Below are positions 17,477 through 25,873 of a stretch of DNA of 34,562 bases, piece after piece. Position 1 is the stretch's first letter. Each line of letters opens with the position of its first letter. The notes beneath the pieces were generated by a model, which had not been told where the DNA came from, ran no database searches, and worked only from the letters and a program-made list of their open reading frames with translations. The stretch spans positions 1 to 34,562 of the forward strand of contig JALQWE010000001.1 of the NCBI GenBank assembly GCA_023258825.1. The letters are read 5' to 3'. The translations under genes were made by a program, and so were the position numbers. The stretch is from Planctomycetaceae bacterium (GTDB taxonomy: Bacteria > Planctomycetota > Planctomycetia > Planctomycetales > Planctomycetaceae).

Positions 17477-18439
17477 GTGAATCAGCCCATTTCCCCAGGA
17501 AGACAGTCGTCCCTCGGCTCACCTCGTCACGATGCCACACTTCTACCATGGCTTCGACTACTTCGACTTCCAACAGTCTTTACTGCATTATCCAATATTT
17601 TCTGCGGCTATTTCATCACGCGGCGTCCGGAGGTTGCTGAACTCCCGCAGCACTACGATCTTTTCTTTCTGCTCATGTCCAGCGCTGGACTGTATCTGGG
17701 TGGAATGGTGCTCAATGACGTTTTCGACGCGAGTCTCGACGCCGTAGAACGACCGGAACGCCCGATTCCGTCGGGTCAGATCACACTCCGTGCCGCCGCT
17801 GTTTCTGGTTCAGTGCTCATGATCTCAGGAATTCTCAGTGCGGCTTGTGCAGGTATCACCAGCCTGGTAATTGCGATCATGATCACAGTCGCAGTCATTG
17901 CCTACAACGCGAGGCTCAAGGCTACTGTTGCTGGCCCACTGGCAATGGCGACCTGCCGATTTCTGAATCTCCTGCTGGGAACAAGCAGCGGAGTTTCCCT
18001 TTCCAGCCTGGGCACAGGATCAGGCCTTGAAGCCGCATGTGGACTTGGTCTTTATATCCTCGGAGTTACCTGGTTCTCCCGAAGTGAAACAGGAACTGGT
18101 CACCGAATCGGCATGCTGACCGGAGTTGCGTTGTTGATATCAGGCCTGGGACTTGACGCCCTGGTGGTCTACCGTCACGGGGCTACCGCAGCTGCCACAA
18201 ACGGAGGGTGCATGGCCATTCTGGTGCTGGGGCTGAACCTTGCTATGCGTGCTACAAGTGCCATCACACATGGTGGACCAGTTCGGATACAGAAAACTGT
18301 CGGACTGATGCTCCTCAGCCTGATCTTTCTCGATGCCATCATGGTTTTCTCACTGTCAGGTAACGCCAGACTCGCTGCGATCGTTATCTCCCTTGTGGCC
18401 CCCGCGATGTTGTTGCGCCGGGCAATTCCCATGAGTTGA
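17477..18439 (+). CDS. UbiA-family aromatic/polyprenyl prenyltransferase (integral membrane)
   Basis: 320 aa with a GTG start. It has the Asp-rich motif NDVFDASLDAVERPERPIPSG and about 8-9 hydrophobic helices. Confidence 0.85.
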   Translation: MNQPISPGRQSSLGSPRHDATLLPWLRLLRLPTVFTALSNIFCGYFITRRPEVAELPQHYDLFFLLMSSAGLYLGGMVLNDVFDASLDAVERPERPIPSGQITLRAAAVSGSVLMISGILSAACAGITSLVIAIMITVAVIAYNARLKATVAGPLAMATCRFLNLLLGTSSGVSLSSLGTGSGLEAACGLGLYILGVTWFSRSETGTGHRIGMLTGVALLISGLGLDALVVYRHGATAAATNGGCMAILVLGLNLAMRATSAITHGGPVRIQKTVGLMLLSLIFLDAIMVFSLSGNARLAAIVISLVAPAMLLRRAIPMS

Positions 18440-18669
18440 CTCTTGTGGGGCCCTGTCATTCTGAAGAAGTTCGTCAAAGCGTGTTCCAGCTTTTCACATC
18501 CTGATCGTTCAGATTTGAACTTCACCCGCCGCCTGCACTACAGTCCGTCATCGAGAAGTCAGAAGATTCGTTTGCAGTGTGCCCGTGAACGGCGAACTGG
18601 CAGTGACTCCTGATGGATTTGCCAACAGACCTCGACCAAAGTGCCCATTCACAATCTCAGGTCCAACCC

Positions 18670-19224
18670 ATGTACGACCGCAAACGTCTGATGCAACTGA
18701 TTCAGGATCGTGCCCTGAAATTTGGAGACTTCATACTCGCTTCCGGAAAGAAGTCCACGTACTACCTTGACGGAAAACAGGTAACCCTCAGTGCCGAAGG
18801 GTTGATGCAGATCTCCTTTGGACTCCTCGAACTCCTGAAACCTCTCGATTTCTCCGGATTTGGCGGAATGTCGATCGGAGCCGACCCGATTGTAGGTGGT
18901 GTACTGGTCGCCGCCGCCTCGCAGGGACGATCACTCCAGGGCTTTATGGTTCGAAAGGAAGCCAAGGGCCACGGAACGCAACGCTTCATCGAAGGGCCAA
19001 TCAAGCCTGGTGACAAAGTGGTGATCGTGGACGACGTGGTCACAACCGGGGGCAGCGCCCTGCTGGCAATTGATCGTGTGCAGGAATTCGGCTGCGAAGT
19101 CGTGCATGCCGTAGGAATTGTTGACCGACTTCAGGGAGGCGAGGCTGCATTCAAAGCTCGCAACATCCCTTTCTCCTCGCTGCTGACAATCCGTGACTTC
19201 GGTATCACTCCACCAGCAGAGTAG
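18670..19224 (+). CDS. pyrE: orotate phosphoribosyltransferase
   Basis: The track ORF starts at 18613. The ATG at 18670 gives MYDRKRLMQLIQDRALKFGDFILASGKKSTYYLDG, the canonical PyrE N-terminus. The PRPP-binding loop is VVIVDDVVTTGGS. Confidence 0.9.
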   Translation: MYDRKRLMQLIQDRALKFGDFILASGKKSTYYLDGKQVTLSAEGLMQISFGLLELLKPLDFSGFGGMSIGADPIVGGVLVAAASQGRSLQGFMVRKEAKGHGTQRFIEGPIKPGDKVVIVDDVVTTGGSALLAIDRVQEFGCEVVHAVGIVDRLQGGEAAFKARNIPFSSLLTIRDFGITPPAE

Positions 19225-19713
19225 CCAATTCCCTCCAAACCGCACGCTTGCCTCGAGGGTTGTTCCTGATACAGTCCCTTCAGATGGTCTGGTTTCAGAT
19301 CATCCGTCTGATCAGGTGCTCGCGGACAGCCTCATCAACACAGGTTGTGGGTGCGAGTGAAAAGGGAAGACGGTGCCCGATCATGATCGGTATTCCGTCG
19401 CGGTCCCGCCGCTGTAATCGGGGACTGTCGTAGCAATCAGCCACTGTGTCTATGCCGTTTTGTACAAAGCCCGGCAGGCACGGGAAGGCGTTACGATGGG
19501 TCGATCCGAAAGCCAGAAGACCTGCCGGATCAGACAGCAGACGTTTTCCTCGCGGAAGGGAAGTTGTCGGCACAGAACCTAAGCGATTTCCGGGCTGCTG
19601 ATGATGACCCCCCGTCAAAAAGCAGTGCTGCTGCGCGCCTCTTCTGCCGCAACATCTGAAATCGGCCACCTGTCGCCGGAAACTCCCAAACATCGCCAGA
19701 TTCGGAGTTTTCC

Positions 19714-20616
19714 TTGATTCCTCGACCTCGTGCCCATCGCACACATCGCGCATTCACCCTGATCGAATTGCTTGTTGTTATTGCCATCATTGCAGTCCTC
19801 CTCGGACTATTGCTCCCCGCTGTTCAGCAGGCCCGCGAAGCCGCTCGAAAAACGCAATGTCGCAATAATCTTAAACAGCTCGCGCTGGCACTGCACAACT
19901 ACGCTGAGGTGTATCACGAACATCTGCCTCCTTACGTGATTGAAAATCAGCAAAGGCTGACATTTCTCACCACCTATTCCGGAAACCCCGGAATGGCTCA
20001 GTATTGGTTTGGCACCGTCGACTACGTCGCCCCTACACCGGAAACTCAATTGAGCTTCTCCACCGGGCCACTCAGCCCATTTATGGAAACCAACTACGAA
20101 TCCTTTCAATGTCCGAATTTCGGTACATCGCAAATGGATCGGGTTCGCTTTGGCAGGCCCGCTACCGGATTTGGCTACAATGGCTACTACCTGTCCAGAC
20201 CAAGTGGCATTGAGTGGTTACCGCCGGACTGGAACGCCGGTCCCAGCCCCGAACCCGCAAGTCGGCAACTGCGTGATGTTCAACAAACCAGCCAGACAGT
20301 TCTTTTTGCGGACAGCGCGGCCGTCAACATCAAAACATTTTCGCCCCTTGAATTCAGCTTCGAGGAAAACTGGTTGCTGGATCCACCCAGTCGCAACTTT
20401 CCAACAATTCATTTCCGACACCTGAATTCAGCCAACGCAGCCTTTCTGGACGGACATGTGGAAAGTTTTTCATGGGCAACCTCAGTAGAAGTTCCCGGCG
20501 AAAACTACCTGTTTGAAGAACAGGTTCAGCTCATGGAAAAGAAACGACTCGGGTTCCTTTCACGGGGAAATCTCCAGAATCCAGCGTTACGCGATGAACT
20601 GTACGACCGTGAATAA
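19714..20616 (+). CDS. DUF1559 protein with a type IV pilin-like N-terminal cleavage/methylation signal
   Basis: 300 aa with a TTG start. The N-terminus is [51 protein letters not shown]. The C-terminal ..NAAFLDGHV.. is typical of the planctomycete DUF1559 family. Confidence 0.9.
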   Translation: MIPRPRAHRTHRAFTLIELLVVIAIIAVLLGLLLPAVQQAREAARKTQCRNNLKQLALALHNYAEVYHEHLPPYVIENQQRLTFLTTYSGNPGMAQYWFGTVDYVAPTPETQLSFSTGPLSPFMETNYESFQCPNFGTSQMDRVRFGRPATGFGYNGYYLSRPSGIEWLPPDWNAGPSPEPASRQLRDVQQTSQTVLFADSAAVNIKTFSPLEFSFEENWLLDPPSRNFPTIHFRHLNSANAAFLDGHVESFSWATSVEVPGENYLFEEQVQLMEKKRLGFLSRGNLQNPALRDELYDRE

Positions 20617-21103
20617 CAGCGTCACTCTGTTACTCTTTTCGCGCGAATGAACTTCATTCCGAAAATCAATCAACAGCGTAATTCTACCAAACCACAACCC
20701 CTCACACACCGCACATGCTTTTCCGTCAATGACGTCTGCGTCGTCAGAAGACAATGGTGCCGATAGAGATCCAATCAGACTCGGGCGTGAAAATCTCTGA
20801 CGGACAGCAGACCCGTTGATTCCGGAAACCATCTGCTCCGCTCGCACGTATGAGTTGCTGATCACTGTGGCAACAATCAATCAGGCGACAACACACAAAA
20901 GGGCTCGCCAAATTCCCTCCGCAAAAACAACTCAACAGCCCGAATTCAGTTGATTTCCATCAACGGTCCATTCCAAAATCAAGGCTCTCGCTTTCTAACC
21001 ATCAAGGTTCAGGACACCGTGATCTGCGAGCAGAGAGTTCTCTACGTCGATAAGTCGTTTACCTCATTCCGATGTCTTGCTCTGACCGTCTCTGTACCAT
21101 GTC

Positions 21104-22423
21104 TTGCCTCAAGGCCAGAAAAAGTTTTCAGGCCTACCATCGGCTCAAGTCCTTGAAAAAGATCCCACACCCTGTCGACAGATTTTCAGCATTGGCCGGC
21201 TCAACCCAGGCCGCACATTCAAAAAACCATTACCTTTCGAAGACGATTACGACGGCACGACTCCTCTACCGGCAATCTGTTCCGTAGTTCATGGATACAA
21301 ACTGATGGCTCTCCGCATTGAGCAGTCTGTCGTTCGGGGCGAAATCCGCAATTCCCGCAGAAACTCGATCTCCGGGTGGATCGAGATTCGTCGGCATGGA
21401 ATCAGGGATGGCCAGCCGATGACAGAAACAGTCCTCGCAACCCTGTCCCTCGTTGGAAACCTTGACGGTCAACTTGACGGGCGCGATTTCCGATTTCGGG
21501 TCAGGGAAGGCGACTCCTCCCAGGTGCACTCCGTACCGGAAGAAGCCTTTCACCTGCAGCAGGTCGGTGTCATCGGCGATAGCGTCTTTCGCATACTGCG
21601 AGTTCCTCTGATCCCAATCGAAGAGTTCCTGCTGGCCAGACAACGAGGAGACGCTGCCCCGGAAGAACTGCGCATGTCCGTTTATCTCGAATGGTACAGC
21701 CAGAATGGTCGCGTCGTGATGGAACTCCTCGATCCGGAAATGGATTTCGATGACGGCGAAAGGCATCTCGCGGATTGCACGCCGGATAATCTTCCTGATA
21801 CAGATCAGGTACTGCCACCGTCCATCACCACACTTTTGCGTCGCGAAGATGGAACAGTAGAAGTCTTTGACACTACACCAGACTCGGTCCTCGGCGACAA
21901 CGACTCACAGAACGAGACTGACGATGCACACTCGGCTGATGATGAATACGGCCTCTTCGAATCCAACTTCGAGCAGTTGATTCGAGAATCTGCATTGAGC
22001 GATATCCAGGACTCTGAAAGTACCAGCCAGAGTCACTGGGATGAGCTGATCCCGGGCATCCCACCTGCAATTAAGGCTCTGTATGAGCAGTGGGATGAAG
22101 TTCTGCACGGGGAACACGATCAACCATTGACCTCATTATTCGAGGAACCGCTGCGACTTCCGATACCCGGCAATCTTACCACCGAAAAGCAGGCATGGGC
22201 GGCATTGTCCTCGTTGCTAGGCGCCATGGCGATGCGAGGTGTAGGCTTTGAAATGTGCCCACATCTCAGCGCTACTGAGGCTTACAGAATGCTTGTGACA
22301 GACCTGCTGCCCGAAGTGAAGGTGCACCCGAATCTGTTGAATTCAGGCTTCGTCTGCCACCTCAGCTCGTGGGAATCCTGTGAAGAATGTCAAAACGAAG
22401 CCGACAGTGGGCCTGATCAATGA
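21104..22423 (+). CDS. hypothetical protein with an acidic central region (orphan; start uncertain)
   Basis: 439-aa ORF from TTG 21104. The first ATG is at 21305 (MALRIEQSVVRGEI..., 372 aa). It is the longest ORF in any frame here. I recognise no motif. There is an Asp/Glu/Ser-rich segment (..DNDSQNETDDAHSADDEYGLFES..) and a Cys-containing C-terminus (CHLSSWESCEECQ). Confidence 0.55.
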   Translation: MPQGQKKFSGLPSAQVLEKDPTPCRQIFSIGRLNPGRTFKKPLPFEDDYDGTTPLPAICSVVHGYKLMALRIEQSVVRGEIRNSRRNSISGWIEIRRHGIRDGQPMTETVLATLSLVGNLDGQLDGRDFRFRVREGDSSQVHSVPEEAFHLQQVGVIGDSVFRILRVPLIPIEEFLLARQRGDAAPEELRMSVYLEWYSQNGRVVMELLDPEMDFDDGERHLADCTPDNLPDTDQVLPPSITTLLRREDGTVEVFDTTPDSVLGDNDSQNETDDAHSADDEYGLFESNFEQLIRESALSDIQDSESTSQSHWDELIPGIPPAIKALYEQWDEVLHGEHDQPLTSLFEEPLRLPIPGNLTTEKQAWAALSSLLGAMAMRGVGFEMCPHLSATEAYRMLVTDLLPEVKVHPNLLNSGFVCHLSSWESCEECQNEADSGPDQ

Positions 22424-22708
22424 AATCACCTTGAGGCGGACACAGCTGCGAACTCTTTCCAACGCATCCACAAAGCCCGCCCATGACCCGCCAGCACAAC
22501 ACCATCACTCTGAAAAAATCTCACATCAACGGAAAACCTGCGGCTCAGTCCTCGAAAAGCAGTTCGCGCCAAATCCTCTCACTACCCCCCATCTTCTCAG
22601 TGTCGGGAGGAACAACAGGCATCTGGAATTCCGGTGATTAGAGAACTAGTATGTCAGATTACAGGGTCAAAAAGGTTCCCGAAAACCAGTTGCTGAAAGT
22701 TCGCCAAC

Positions 22709-23071
22709 ATGCCCAAAGTCAGGTTTGTCAACGAAAAAGTGACTGTTGACGTCACCGAAGGTGAAGATCTTCGTACTGTGGCTCGAAAAAATGGCGTGCA
22801 ACTCTACTCGGGCCCCCACAAAATCGTGAACTGCATGGGCATGGGGACTTGCTGCTCCTGTAACGTGATCATTTCGAAAGGGGCAGAAAATGTCTCGCGA
22901 AAGGGCCTGCTGGAGTCTCTCTGGAAGTGGCTCAATCCACTCCTTGGTCTCAAATTGCTCAGCAACCCCGGCAAAGAAGTTCGATTAGCCTGCCAGACAC
23001 GCGTCAATGGTGACGTCGAAGTCGAGACACATCCGCCGATCAACTGGCACGGGGAAAACTACTGGAGTTAA
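22709..23071 (+). CDS. 2Fe-2S ferredoxin-like protein
   Basis: 120 aa with a beta-grasp-like N-terminus (KVRFVNEKVTVDVTEGEDLRTVARKNGV). The Cys set is C42-x5-C48(C49)-x2-C51 ... C95 (LACQTRV). A strong terminator follows. Confidence 0.65.
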   Translation: MPKVRFVNEKVTVDVTEGEDLRTVARKNGVQLYSGPHKIVNCMGMGTCCSCNVIISKGAENVSRKGLLESLWKWLNPLLGLKLLSNPGKEVRLACQTRVNGDVEVETHPPINWHGENYWS

Positions 23072-23100
23072 ATTCTGTCTTCGTTTGGTAGACGACCATT

Positions 23101-23134
23101 CGCCGGTACCCTCGAGCAGGGCCGGCGTTTTTTA
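23101..23134 (+). terminator. Rho-independent terminator after the ferredoxin-like gene
   Basis: CGCCGG-ta-CCCT / cgagc / AGGG-CCGGCG is a GC-rich 10-bp stem with a 2-nt bulge, followed by TTTTTTATT. Confidence 0.7.
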
Positions 23135-23200
23135 TTAAGCAGGGCCTTGATCAAACCGCCTGGCGGACGGGTGCACCTGAAAAGCGACTCGCCCCCACAC

Positions 23201-23884
23201 CTATTTGCGAACGAATCGATAGCCAACACCCCGAACCGTCTCAATCAAGTCCGCCAGACGATCCATTTTCTTGCGCAAAGATCGCACATGAACGTCGATT
23301 GTCCGCTCCAACGAGTTCGCATCCTCGCCTCGAGACGTTTCCATGAGTTCGTTTCTTGAAAACGGTCGCCCGGGCTGAGCCATCAGTGTCCAGAGCATGC
23401 GAAACTCTGTCGGTGTCAGTTCAACTTGCTGCCCCTCAAAGGTCGCAACATGGTTGGCACGATCAATTTCTATCCCGTGGAGACTGAGCACCGTCTTCCC
23501 TGACTCTGCCGTCTCCACCCGTCGCAGCAACGCCTTGACTCGATGAATCAGGGGCTGGACTCGAAAGGGCTTCGTCACGTAGTCATCAGCGCCCATATTG
23601 AAACCGACGATTTCATCAGTTTCCGCACCACGTGCAGTCAGCATCATCACGGGGATCGTACGGGTCTTGGGTTCGCTTTTCAGAATTCGGCAGATCTGAA
23701 GCCCATCAATCCCCGGTAGCATCAGGTCCAGAATAACAAGATCCGGCAGCAGAGTCTGAGCTCGGGCAAGACCGCCCCGACCATCTCGCTCCCACTGAAC
23801 ATTAAATCCTTCTTTTCGCAGATTGTACGTCACGACATCTGCGATGGACTGTTCATCTTCAATGACCAGAATAGTTGCCTGCAT
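23201..23884 (-). CDS. phoB: OmpR/PhoB-family response regulator (phosphate regulon)
   Basis: 227 aa. Receiver domain (ILVIEDE..., DLVILDLMLPGIDG, KPF) plus a winged-helix C-terminus (LTPTEFRMLWTL...VDVHVRSLRKK...IETVRGVGYRF). It is the last gene of the pstSCAB-phoU block. Confidence 0.88.
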   Translation of the reverse strand: MQATILVIEDEQSIADVVTYNLRKEGFNVQWERDGRGGLARAQTLLPDLVILDLMLPGIDGLQICRILKSEPKTRTIPVMMLTARGAETDEIVGFNMGADDYVTKPFRVQPLIHRVKALLRRVETAESGKTVLSLHGIEIDRANHVATFEGQQVELTPTEFRMLWTLMAQPGRPFSRNELMETSRGEDANSLERTIDVHVRSLRKKMDRLADLIETVRGVGYRFVRK

Positions 23885-24028
23885 GGAGCGGGATATGCCT
23901 GAGAATGTTAGCCGGAACCGCCCACAGGAAATCCCGCAGCGTTCAGGAAGTCATACCAGGGAGCGATTTCCTGCCATTCGAACGAAAGCCCGAATCAGCT
24001 CGAGGGGACTTCACCCCCGATTCGGCAA

Positions 24029-24724
24029 CTATTCTGCACCTCCAACCCTTGGATTTCCGGATCGGCGAGGCAGTCCTGGATGCCGAACAATTGCTCCCTC
24101 TACCAGATAAACAACATCTTCAGCGATATTGGTTGCATGGTCCGCCACTCGCTCAACATGACGAATCACCGAAAACAGATGCAGCCCGGGCTCTATCAAT
24201 TCCGGCCGCTGTTTCACCACACCAACAACGTCATTAATCAGATCACGATTCAGCTGGTCTACCCCCTCATCACGAAGGCACACCCGCCGGGCGAGATTCA
24301 CGTTCTGCTGCACGAAAGCATCAATGCTGTCGTGCAGCATGCTTAACGCCTCGCGAGTCATCTCTCCCAACCGCCCCGGCATCGGGAAAGCACCATGCTG
24401 AGCTATCCCGGCGGATCTCTCGGCAATACTGACCGCCAGATCAGCGACACGCTCAAGCTCAGCACAAATCTTCATCACCACAGTCACCCGGCGCAGATCG
24501 TTCGCCACAGGGTGGTAAAGCGCCAGAATCTTTAAACACTCCTCCTCAATCCGAATATCCCACTCGTCCACCTCACGGTCGCGACTGGAAAGCTCAAGAG
24601 ACAGATCGGTCCGTCCAGAACGCAAACCATCAACTGCGTCATGGATCAACTCCTCCACCGCCGAGCACATCGCCAGAATACTGCGATGCAGTTGTTCCAT
24701 TTCCCGAACAAAGTGAATCGTCAT
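24029..24724 (-). CDS. phoU: phosphate signalling complex protein PhoU
   Basis: Two PhoU repeats carrying ELERVADLAVSIAE and HVERVADHATNIAEDVVY. The likely start is MTIHFVREMEQL (complement of 24722-24724), not the track start at 24856. Confidence 0.9.
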   Translation of the reverse strand: MTIHFVREMEQLHRSILAMCSAVEELIHDAVDGLRSGRTDLSLELSSRDREVDEWDIRIEEECLKILALYHPVANDLRRVTVVMKICAELERVADLAVSIAERSAGIAQHGAFPMPGRLGEMTREALSMLHDSIDAFVQQNVNLARRVCLRDEGVDQLNRDLINDVVGVVKQRPELIEPGLHLFSVIRHVERVADHATNIAEDVVYLVEGAIVRHPGLPRRSGNPRVGGAE

Positions 24725-24790
24725 TAACCGAATCCTGATCAGACAGATCCGGCGGTCGCCTGTTGCAACCATCGGAGTGTGATGCTGAAT

Positions 24791-24808
24791 TGTTAAGTTT
24801 CTGTTAAG
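24791..24808 (-). promoter_or_regulatory. Pho-box-like direct repeat upstream of phoU
   Basis: The plus strand has TGTTAAG at 24791 and 24802 (11-bp period). Read with transcription it is CTTAACAgaaaCTTAACA, 67-84 nt upstream of the phoU ATG. Confidence 0.4.
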
Positions 24809-24910
24809 TATCCTGCGAAAATCAGCATGTGGACTGCCGATGTTCAGCACTCGCAATTCAGGCTACCGCTGCAGCTGTCTGCGATAACGGAGCCATGGCT
24901 GTGTCCGTAA

Positions 24911-25834
24911 TCAACCGAATCTTCCGGTAATGTAATCTTCCGTTTGCTTTTCCGAGGGACTGGTGAAAATCTGCATCGTTGGGCCACATTCAACAAGATG
25001 CCCCTTGAAGAAAAATGCCGTTTGATGGCTGACTCGCGATGCCTGCTGCATATTGTGCGTAACAATCACAATCGTGTAGTTCGCACACAACTCACCGATC
25101 AGGTTCTCGATGCGGTCAGTGCTCGCAGGATCCAGTGCTGAGGCAGGCTCATCCATCAGTATGATGCGTGGATTGGTCGCCAACGTTCTGGCAATACAAA
25201 GCCGCTGCTGCTGTCCACCAGACAAGGCCATCGCCGACGTGTGTAACCGATCACGAACCTCCTCCCATAACGCCGCTTTCCGAAGGCAGGATTCCACGAG
25301 ATCAGCCAGCACAGAACGATTTTTCTCTCCCGCAACTCGCGGACCATAGGCAACGTTATCAAAAATTGATTTTGGAAACGGCGTGGACTTCTGGAAGACC
25401 ATGCCCACATGCTTCCGCAGCAGCACAACATCCACGGCTGGATCCATGATGTTCTGACCCTCGACAAGGCACTCACCTGTGCACTTTGTTCCCTCTACCA
25501 GGTCATTCATCCGATTCAGCGTCCGCAGAAACGTACTTTTCCCACAGCCGGAAGGACCAATCAGCGCCGTCACGGATCGCTCAGGCACCATCAGTGAAAT
25601 GTCAAACAGGACCTGATGCTCTCCGTAGTAGAAGTTCATATTTCTTACATCAATCGCCGCTGCGTGCGATGACGTGTCAAGGTTGCGGTCCACACCGCGA
25701 ACCGAAGGCGGCACTGAAAGTCCTGAATTACGTTCCGCCATGTCAGCACCACCCTCAACATCAAACCACTGGCCACTCAAACAGGCGGCCTCACGATCTT
25801 TCACTACCAGTTCCTGCCTGCCGGAAACAGCCAT
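24911..25834 (-). CDS. pstB: phosphate ABC transporter ATP-binding protein
   Basis: 307 aa. Walker [13 protein letters not shown] signature [16 protein letters not shown], Walker [12 protein letters not shown], and the PstB-typical C-terminus ..YITGRFG. Confidence 0.95.
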   Translation of the reverse strand: MAVSGRQELVVKDREAACLSGQWFDVEGGADMAERNSGLSVPPSVRGVDRNLDTSSHAAAIDVRNMNFYYGEHQVLFDISLMVPERSVTALIGPSGCGKSTFLRTLNRMNDLVEGTKCTGECLVEGQNIMDPAVDVVLLRKHVGMVFQKSTPFPKSIFDNVAYGPRVAGEKNRSVLADLVESCLRKAALWEEVRDRLHTSAMALSGGQQQRLCIARTLATNPRIILMDEPASALDPASTDRIENLIGELCANYTIVIVTHNMQQASRVSHQTAFFFKGHLVECGPTMQIFTSPSEKQTEDYITGRFG

Positions 25835-25873
25835 TCTCTCAGAATGACGGACGTCTCCGGGATTCAGTCAAAA

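Noticed and set aside
16739-19224. A functional link between the HAD phosphatase, the UbiA prenyltransferase and the PRPP-using pyrE (DPPR-synthase-like logic)
   Set aside because: This rests on adjacency only. The UbiA motif (ERPERPIPSG) looks more like the DGGGP/chlorophyll-synthase/UbiA type than the decaprenyl-phosphate phosphoribosyltransferase type, and pyrE is a standard housekeeping gene.
19295-19753. 152-aa minus-strand ORF in the pyrE-DUF1559 spacer
   Set aside because: It overlaps the start of the DUF1559 gene, is Arg/Gly/Cys-rich with no motif, and lacks any supportive context. It is probably non-coding.
21266-21766. 166-aa minus-strand ORF antisense to the 439-aa orphan
   Set aside because: It is shorter than, and fully contained in, the long plus-strand ORF. 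It is a shadow ORF, although without homology evidence the strand choice for this locus is only moderately secure.
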